Notes under the pieces: model-generated
What the model was told of the DNA's origin: nothing
The model's database searches: none
Seen by the model: the letters and a program-made list of their open reading frames with translations, nothing else
Shown here: piece after piece, positions 57,824 to 64,000 of the stretch
Layout of the letters: every line of letters begins with the position of its first letter
How positions within the stretch are numbered: position 1 is the stretch's first letter
NCBI GenBank assembly: GCA_963718615.1
Contig: OY970368.1
Span: forward strand, 3,520,001-3,584,000
Length of the DNA: 64,000 bases
Reading direction: 5' to 3'
Source: an uncultured cyanobacterium
GTDB taxonomy: Bacteria > Cyanobacteriota > Cyanobacteriia > PCC-9006 > JAAUQQ01
Program-made: the position numbers and the translations under genes

Positions 57824-60800
57824 GACTTCAACTCCATTTCATTGCCATTGGGGTCATGCAACCACAGGTGAACCGTGGGTTCGACATCCCGCAGACTGCG
57901 TTGGGCTTTGAACTTTTTGGCTGGACCCACCTTGGGTCGGTCTGGGTCGAGCGGGGTGAACAGCAGTGGTGGTGCCTTGCCCACTTCCCGTTGGTATTGC
58001 AGGTCTCCTTCCTGCTCTTTGGCGACGCTGTCCCAACTATCCAAGAGGTCTCTGACGATGCCTTGCACTTTGAGCCGGAGCGCTTCCGCTTGGTCAGCAT
58101 CAAAATTCTTGTCGTGCATTTCTGCTCGTTTAGACAGCGCCTCGACGACAAAATCAAGCTCGGTGCGATGGGCGAGAATGGCTCCTGCACCCAAGGGCTG
58201 GGTCAGTTTGTCATGGCCTAGGCGGGCGAGGGCGACAACGACGCCGGGCAGACCTCGATCTAAGGCGCGGGGAGAGAAGGGGGTAACGCTGGTGGCTTCG
58301 ACAGCTCGGTAGAAGGTGTTGTGCCAGGCTTGGAAGCGTTCGTAGTGGGAACGGTCTCTGGGGCGATGAATGTTTAACAAGGTGATGACCAACCCCGGAC
58401 GTTCATCATCTCGGCCCACGCGGCTGGTGGCCTGAATGTATTCCGAGGCGGTCTTGGGCTGACCGAGCACGACCATGAGGCCGAGACGGGTGATGTCGAG
58501 ACCGACGGAAATCATATTGGTTGCCAGGACAACATCTACGGCTTTTTTGAAGTCTTCGGGGTGATGGAAGGTGGCTTCCAAACGGCTTTTGGCTTCGGCA
58601 ACTTTAGTGGTGTTGACCCGTGAGGTTAGCTCCAGGGGTTCGTTGATTTTGCGGCTGAGGAACAGGCCGAGGTCTTCGTCCTGGCGATGGCGATCGCCAT
58701 AGGTCTCCAACCGCGACTGCACTTCATCCTCAACGATGCGGCGGCTGCCCCCCAGCTCCCGCAGGGAGTTGAAGTAGCCCATCAGGGTCATGTAGGGGTC
58801 GGCTGGGTTGTCCTTGTTGCGACGGCCTCCGGCTTCTTCCCAGGCTTTTTTGCTCGCGCCGAGCATGGCGAGGTAGGTGCGCAGTAGAACGACCTTAAGA
58901 CTGCGGCCCTGGGCAGCAACGCCGAGGTAGCTGCGGCCATGCTTCTCCGTCACGGGGACGGTTTTGGCAAAGAAGGAGTCGCGGCGGTCTGGGCCGGGGG
59001 GCGGGAAGACTTCGACGGTGTCGCGGCCAAAAAGGGCGCGGATTTGACTGGTGGCGCGGCGGACGGTGGCGGTGGAGGCGACGATTTTGGGGCGGATGGT
59101 TTGACCGTCTGCGGTTTGGTAGGTCGAGAGGGCATCGATCGCCGTTTCATACAGCCCCACCATGGTGCCGAGGGGACCGGAAATCAAATGCAGCTCGTCT
59201 TGGATGATCAGGTCTGGGGGCAGTAGGGGCTTGGTTAAGGCTCCCCCTTGGTTGGGTTGGGCGGCACCGTAGAAGCCGTCTTGGTCGTAGCGCTTCACCT
59301 TGCCGAAGAGGCCTGCGGTTTCGCCAATCCAGGGCAGGTTGGCAAATTTATCCACGGTGGCAATGAGGAAGCAGGGTAGACGGCGATAAATGGGTTCATC
59401 CACGGTGACGATGGGCAGGGATTGGTCCCGGCGAAAGACGCAGACGGGTTTGCCATCCGGGCGCTTTTTCTTATTGAGGCAGGTGATGCGCAGGTCTTTG
59501 GGCTGGTCCGTGGTGGGGAGGAGTTGAAAGGACTTGGCTCCAAATTGGGTGCCACACCAGGGGCAGTTTTCCAGAGGAATAGGGCAGTCTGGGGTGGTTT
59601 CGTTTTGGTAGGCGATGGTGCGGGCGCGGGCGCTGGTGCGGTCCTTGTCTTTTTTGCTGCCCATGCGGTTGGCGGTGGCGGCTTGGCCCACCCAGAGGCC
59701 TATCTCGAAGGGCCAGGGGCCAAGCTTTTCAACGTTCTGCTGGCGCTCTAGTTCTAGGGCGCAGATGAGGGTGGCGGCGCGGCCCAGTTGGTCGAGGGTG
59801 AGTAGGCGCAGGGTGTAGCGCATGAGGACGCTGAGGCCTGCGGATTCGAGGCCGGGGTTGCGCAGGCGGCGCAGGACGAGGGTGAAGGCGGCGAGGCCCA
59901 GGTAGGCTTCGGTTTTGCCGCCGCCAGTGGGGAAGAAGATAAGCTCAACTGTCTCTCGATCTTGATTTTCCGGATCGTCGATACTGACGATATTCATGAG
60001 TAGAAATGCTATTTGAAAAGGCCGCCAAATAGGTGTTCTGGCATTCTCTGGCAATAAGTCATCTCGATCATGAGTTGCACGCTGCCTCATGCTCCTTGCC
60101 ACAGCACGATTAGCAATTTGGAAGGCTTCTAGAACATCGGGTTTATCGAGAGCCTTTAACCCAGCTTCAATACGTTGATTAACGTGGGCAGCTTTCTCTA
60201 GAAGGTCTTTAGAGACTTCAGCACGTTGCTGTGGGCTCGTGGGTGCATTGGCTTGCTGTTGAGTAATCCAAGTGCTGTAGGCTGTGACGATGCCGCCGAC
60301 CATACCGCGAATTGCATCTGCATCAACCGCATCACCTAGGGCTTCAATTCTTAAATCAACTTTAGGAATTTCTTCGTTATGGAGAACTTTCTCGACATCG
60401 GCCTGGGGCATCCAGTTGGTGCTGGCTTGGTAGCACTGGGGCTGGTCTGCTTCACCTGGGGCTGTGGCGGAGACGATGGCTGTGGCAGAAACGTTATGGC
60501 CGACGGCGTATTCGACGTCGTGGCGATATTGGAGGTCGGCGATGCGTCCGTCTTCGTCGTCGAGGGCTTGGGTGCGCAGGTCGGGGCGGGGAACAAAGGG
60601 CAGTTTTGAGCTGGCGGTGAGTTGGACTTGGAAGATGTAGGCGCAGTCTCGCTCGGCGCTGAGGGCGGCGGGGGCGCGTTTGTTGACGAGGAAGAGGGAG
60701 ACGGAGCGGGTGCCGCTGGGAAGGCCGCAGCCGTTGTTGATGGGGCGAATGGAGAGGGAGAGTTCTAGGCCGTTGCTGCCGGGAACGGGGATGGTTTTGC

Positions 60801-61359
60801 GAATCCCTTCGGTGGCGGGCAGGTCCAGTTGAGTGATGCCAGGGATGGGGTCGTTGCCGAGCAGGCTGATTTGCTCAGGGTCGTCGCTGGCTTGGGAAAG
60901 GGAGATGCAGAGGGCAGATTGGCGGGGGGTGCGTTGCCAGGGGCGGCTGGTGCTGGCTTGGAGGCGGGTTTCGGCTTCGCTCTCAGCTTCGGGTAAGGGG
61001 TGGTAGTCACCCCAGGCGCAGTCCACGTCAATTTCCGTTGTCTCGGCGCTGATGAGGAAGCTGAGGCCAAAGGAGGAGGGGAAGATGCCTTTGCGGGCGG
61101 AGGCGGCTTCGGGCTTTTCGTCGTCGTCGCCGCTGGTTGTTTTTTCAACCTGAGAGTCGAAGCTGTCGTCGCTGTCGGGGTCGGAGCGGTCCTGGAGTTT
61201 GGCTTCGTAGGGGACAAGGAAGCCGGACAGGTACCACTTGGAGGGGGCCTGGGGGATAATTTCATCGGCATGGGCGCTGTCGGGCTCAGGACCGATGAGG
61301 TCGAGCTTGAGGGCATTGATGAGAGATGACCGCACTTCTGCGGAGGTTTCTAGCGCCAT
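57820..61359 (-). CDS. drmA: DISARM SF2 helicase
   Basis: DLIGP, PTGGGKTEAY, RYTLRLLT, QDELHLI, ATNMISVGLDI.RL, QATSRVGR, RDRSHYE. Confidence 0.93.
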   Translation of the reverse strand: MALETSAEVRSSLINALKLDLIGPEPDSAHADEIIPQAPSKWYLSGFLVPYEAKLQDRSDPDSDDSFDSQVEKTTSGDDDEKPEAASARKGIFPSSFGLSFLISAETTEIDVDCAWGDYHPLPEAESEAETRLQASTSRPWQRTPRQSALCISLSQASDDPEQISLLGNDPIPGITQLDLPATEGIRKTIPVPGSNGLELSLSIRPINNGCGLPSGTRSVSLFLVNKRAPAALSAERDCAYIFQVQLTASSKLPFVPRPDLRTQALDDEDGRIADLQYRHDVEYAVGHNVSATAIVSATAPGEADQPQCYQASTNWMPQADVEKVLHNEEIPKVDLRIEALGDAVDADAIRGMVGGIVTAYSTWITQQQANAPTSPQQRAEVSKDLLEKAAHVNQRIEAGLKALDKPDVLEAFQIANRAVARSMRQRATHDRDDLLPENARTPIWRPFQIAFLLMNIVSIDDPENQDRETVELIFFPTGGGKTEAYLGLAAFTLVLRRLRNPGLESAGLSVLMRYTLRLLTLDQLGRAATLICALELERQQNVEKLGPWPFEIGLWVGQAATANRMGSKKDKDRTSARARTIAYQNETTPDCPIPLENCPWCGTQFGAKSFQLLPTTDQPKDLRITCLNKKKRPDGKPVCVFRRDQSLPIVTVDEPIYRRLPCFLIATVDKFANLPWIGETAGLFGKVKRYDQDGFYGAAQPNQGGALTKPLLPPDLIIQDELHLISGPLGTMVGLYETAIDALSTYQTADGQTIRPKIVASTATVRRATSQIRALFGRDTVEVFPPPGPDRRDSFFAKTVPVTEKHGRSYLGVAAQGRSLKVVLLRTYLAMLGASKKAWEEAGGRRNKDNPADPYMTLMGYFNSLRELGGSRRIVEDEVQSRLETYGDRHRQDEDLGLFLSRKINEPLELTSRVNTTKVAEAKSRLEATFHHPEDFKKAVDVVLATNMISVGLDITRLGLMVVLGQPKTASEYIQATSRVGRDDERPGLVITLLNIHRPRDRSHYERFQAWHNTFYRAVEATSVTPFSPRALDRGLPGVVVALARLGHDKLTQPLGAGAILAHRTELDFVVEALSKRAEMHDKNFDADQAEALRLKVQGIVRDLLDSWDSVAKEQEGDLQYQREVGKAPPLLFTPLDPDRPKVGPAKKFKAQRSLRDVEPTVHLWLHDPNGNEMELKS

Positions 61360-61454
61360 GGGTGCTAAATCAGACCAGTAAATCTATCTAAAGCATAGCG
61401 GTAGAGAAAGCGATCGGTCAGGATGGTTTTGCCCCTTTTGACTTTCATGAGCGG

Positions 61455-61532
61455 TTAGGCGACGGCGTAGCCGGTGTGGGGCCGAACGTGGGGGGGATGG
61501 AAGGCGAGGACGATGTGGTCTTTGGCTGCCAT
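61455..61532 (-). pseudogene. Fused xisH-start/xisI-end deletion remnant
   Basis: Manual translation MAAKDHIVLAFHPPHVRPHTGYAVA*. MAAKD resembles the XisH N-terminus; KDHIVLAFHPP.VR..TGYAVA resembles the XisI C-terminus. Confidence 0.7.
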
Positions 61533-61548
61533 GACTCGATTTTAGGGG

Positions 61549-62925
61549 CTAATCCAGCAGGTCGAGTTGTTCGATGGCGGGGGGGATGAGGTTGAGCTGT
61601 TTGCTGGGCTTGGGGCTGGTGTTTTTGCTGGGTTTGGCTTTGGCGGGGGGTTTGGCTTTGGCTTTGGCTTTGCCGGTTTTCTTTTTGCCGTGGAGGCCGC
61701 CGCGTATTTCTGCTTCGTAGCGGGTTTGGTTGAGGTCGAGGAGGCGGGCGAGGATTTCGTCGTGGATGGCTTCGGGCCAGCGGTAGCGCCAGGGGAGTTT
61801 TTTGCGTTTTTTGAGGCTGGCTTGGATTTGGTTGTCGAAGGCGGCGGCTTGGGCGGGGTCGGCCCAGTGGAGGTCGCCGGATGCGATGCGGTCTTGGAGG
61901 TTGGGGGGGAGGTTGTCGGTTTCGATGTCGAGGTAGTCGAGGGCGAAGCCGCAGGGGATGTGGCCTTGGTCGTCGGTTTCAAGATGTTCGGTCCAGCCGT
62001 AGGCGGTGAGGACGGCTTGGTCCATTTGGCTGTGGAGGTCGCGGAGGTGGTGGATTTCGGGGTCGGTTTCTTGGGGGTCGTGGAAGCGGTTGTAGGTGTC
62101 GGTGAGACCCTGGTTGTTGCGGATCATGAGGGCGGCGCGGTAGTCGTAGTAGGCTTTGCCGATGGTTTCGAGGGTGGGGTCGGTTTCCCAGTTTTCGGGG
62201 AAGGGGAAGGTTTCGAAGCAGTCGGAGGGGGTGTAGCGGAGTCGATCTTCCAGGGATGAGCCGAAGAAGCGTGTCCAGATTTCGTGGGGTCGGGATTGGA
62301 GGGCGCAGAAGGCTGAATAGGTGGAAATTGCAATTACGATAAGCTGCTCAGAATAGACCGTTCCTGCTGACAGAAATGTGAATGATCCATGTTGACCGAC
62401 ACGAGCAACTACTAATACCCGATCGCAAGTTGCGATCGCTCTAAACAAAGCAGGCGTGGTCTCCCCAAATTGCCACCAATAACGTGCTCGAATTTCCCGA
62501 TTTTGCTTGAGTCTTGCGGGCTTAATCTTCTCCTCAACGATCGCCATCAACTCCGGCCATTCCCGCGCTTCCTCCTCGCTCATCTCCCCAAAATTAATCA
62601 CATAGCGATGATGCTCATGGGTCGGGCTACTGTTGACTTCAGAGCCACCAATATAGGGGAAAATGCGTTCCTGATTCTTGGGATTCTCGGCAATCAATCG
62701 CTGCATTTCGGCCAGGGATGTTGCCTCAGGGGCCGTATCATCAAACGTAAATCCCATGCCTAAAACATAGCTGCCGACAAAACTCTTTTCCGCATTGGCC
62801 AGCAGCACTTTCGGGTTTTCGTGACCGCCCTTGGGAAACAGAAATGCCGTGATTTTTTCGACGGGTTTGCCGTCTAGGAGAATGGGAATAGAGGGTGGCA
62901 GTGCAAAGGAGAGGTTGCTTGACAT
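61549..62925 (-). CDS. drmMI: C-terminal (target-recognition, MmeI-like) half of the DISARM class I adenine methyltransferase
   Basis: ILLDGKPVEKITAFL, GSYVLGMGF, PYIGGSEVN, LRYTPSDCFETFPFP, GLTDTYNRFHDP, DEILARLLDLN. Confidence 0.8.
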   Translation of the reverse strand: MSSNLSFALPPSIPILLDGKPVEKITAFLFPKGGHENPKVLLANAEKSFVGSYVLGMGFTFDDTAPEATSLAEMQRLIAENPKNQERIFPYIGGSEVNSSPTHEHHRYVINFGEMSEEEAREWPELMAIVEEKIKPARLKQNREIRARYWWQFGETTPALFRAIATCDRVLVVARVGQHGSFTFLSAGTVYSEQLIVIAISTYSAFCALQSRPHEIWTRFFGSSLEDRLRYTPSDCFETFPFPENWETDPTLETIGKAYYDYRAALMIRNNQGLTDTYNRFHDPQETDPEIHHLRDLHSQMDQAVLTAYGWTEHLETDDQGHIPCGFALDYLDIETDNLPPNLQDRIASGDLHWADPAQAAAFDNQIQASLKKRKKLPWRYRWPEAIHDEILARLLDLNQTRYEAEIRGGLHGKKKTGKAKAKAKPPAKAKPSKNTSPKPSKQLNLIPPAIEQLDLLD

Positions 62926-62932
62926 AAAACTT

Positions 62933-63319
62933 CTATGGATAAGTGAGTAAGTTTAGATTGTCGATAAAGCGAAAATCCCGTTGATTTTTACTCAACAGTG
63001 CCATCTGAGCCTCCATAGCAGTCGCCGCAATCAGGGCATCTGGGATAAGTAACCCATGACTCAAAACATAGCGCTGAAGCAATTCCTGAGCACGAGCACT
63101 GATGGGCTCCGTCAGGTGGATCACCTGAAACCGCTCAACAAACCGTTCCAACTCCCTGAGCTCAGCCTTGTTTCGGCAACCCACCATCAGCTCCATCACA
63201 GTAATGACCGACACAGCCAAAGTCGAGACTTCACTCTCCTGCATCACCCGTTGCTTAGCGGTATTGTCATCATTAGAAATATCAATCAAGATATCGGTAT
63301 CCACGAGCGTTTGGATCAT
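62933..63319 (-). CDS. Type II TA toxin, PIN/VapC family
   Basis: LVDTDILID, TVMELMVG, PDALIAATA, LSKNQRDF. Confidence 0.92.
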   Translation of the reverse strand: MIQTLVDTDILIDISNDDNTAKQRVMQESEVSTLAVSVITVMELMVGCRNKAELRELERFVERFQVIHLTEPISARAQELLQRYVLSHGLLIPDALIAATAMEAQMALLSKNQRDFRFIDNLNLLTYP

Positions 63320-63323
63320 GTCA

Positions 63324-63809
63324 TTACCGCCACTGCTGTTCTCTTAACTGCCTAACCCAAGCTGTACTATCCTCTAGCTCTGGGCGATCTTTCCACATTC
63401 CCACAAACGCCAATCCCTCTAGATCTAAAGGCCGAGATTGCTGGTTCAATCTCTGACTCAAAGCATCATCTTCGTCAGCATCTTCACTGGACTCATCATC
63501 ATGATGCCAAGCAATCACTGAATCAATCTCCGTTTTGTGGGATCGATAATAGGCTTGCACCGCAAACAGATCAAACGGAGTTAACCCTGGAAAATTTTCA
63601 AGCAATTCGTCCTCATCCATACCTTGCTGAACCAAAGAAACCAACGTCCAAACCGCAACTCGCGTATTGCGCAAACAAGCATATCCGCCCGCCACACCCG
63701 GCGTTTTGCGAATCATATGATTGATAATGACCTCTTGAAATAAAGCATAGTCATCCTGGGGCAAAGCAACCACCGCATCGACCAAAGACTCCACCAGTTT
63801 CGGATTCAT
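63324..63809 (-). CDS. DUF433 domain antitoxin with extra C-terminal motif
   Basis: IRKTPGVAGGYACLRNTRVAVWTLV (DUF433), acidic linker, FVGMWKDRPELEDSTAWVRQLREQQW. Confidence 0.85.
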   Translation of the reverse strand: MNPKLVESLVDAVVALPQDDYALFQEVIINHMIRKTPGVAGGYACLRNTRVAVWTLVSLVQQGMDEDELLENFPGLTPFDLFAVQAYYRSHKTEIDSVIAWHHDDESSEDADEDDALSQRLNQQSRPLDLEGLAFVGMWKDRPELEDSTAWVRQLREQQWR

Positions 63810-64000
63810 CGCCGTTTCCCTCCCGAAGTTCCTTGCTTAAAAATATGCACCACACTCACCACCACCGCCGCCAAACCGGGCCATTTATAGCGCCGCGTCG
63901 CATTGTAGATCGTCCCCCCATTTTGGCAGACAAACCGTAACCCCGTGCTGCGCGTGTCTCCCTGGGCGATCGTATTCGTGGCAATCAACCCATAGGCTCC
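63806..64000 (-). CDS. drmMI: End of the N-terminal (Eco57I-type catalytic) half of the DISARM methyltransferase; truncated by window end
   Basis: Frame open from 64000: GAYGLIATNTIAQGDTRSTGLRF...YKWPGLAAVVVSVVHIFK, typical late methyltransferase motifs of type IIG/MmeI-like enzymes. Confidence 0.8.
   Translation of the reverse strand, partial: GAYGLIATNTIAQGDTRSTGLRFVCQNGGTIYNATRRYKWPGLAAVVVSVVHIFKQGTSGGKRR

Noticed and set aside
55118-61359. drmABC itself as a novel system
   Set aside because: Matches the established class I DISARM core; only its interruptions and mosaicism are reported as findings.
61567-62259. Long Gly/Val/Phe-rich antisense ORF, and Pro/Thr/Ser-rich alternative-frame ORFs across 58.9-62.3 kb
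   Set aside because: By-products of the extreme C-ending codon bias of drmA/drmMI; no recognisable motifs.
62925-63840. Excisable element or intron restoring an intact drmMI
   Set aside because: The only shared junction word (AAGCAA) gives an out-of-frame join; no recombinase, terminal repeats or intron motifs seen.

Overview
Cyanobacterial chromosomal window, judged from the very dense HIP1 octamer GCGATCGC and typical cyanobacterial genes. The core genes are miaA, gyrB, ttcA, rpsO, PAM68, heme oxygenase, metF, trpS, ppc, mutM and bioK-like/bioC/bioD. Three accessory regions interrupt them. (1) About 3.3-10.3 kb: a HicB-like/PIN toxin-antitoxin (TA) pair, a minus-strand cluster (holin-like 2-TM protein, signal-less protein with a circularly permuted peptidoglycan-binding domain, secreted CxxCH protein with two peptidoglycan-binding domains) and three tandem PsbP/DcrB-like paralogs. 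(2) About 18.3-27.5 kb: an AT-richer, HIP1-poor island with three phased palindromic sites and a miniature group II intron relic, then an alpha/beta-hydrolase, a C25/caspase-fold protease and a CHAT-nSTAND1-WD40 protein. This is my best candidate for an undescribed protease-cascade immune or cell-death system. (3) About 55.1-64 kb: a class I DISARM locus whose methyltransferase gene is split by a translationally coupled DUF433/PIN TA pair, with a fused xisH-xisI deletion scar and sharp compositional mosaicism. No tRNA, rRNA or CRISPR array was recognised. All family calls are from motif recognition by eye; no database searches were run.
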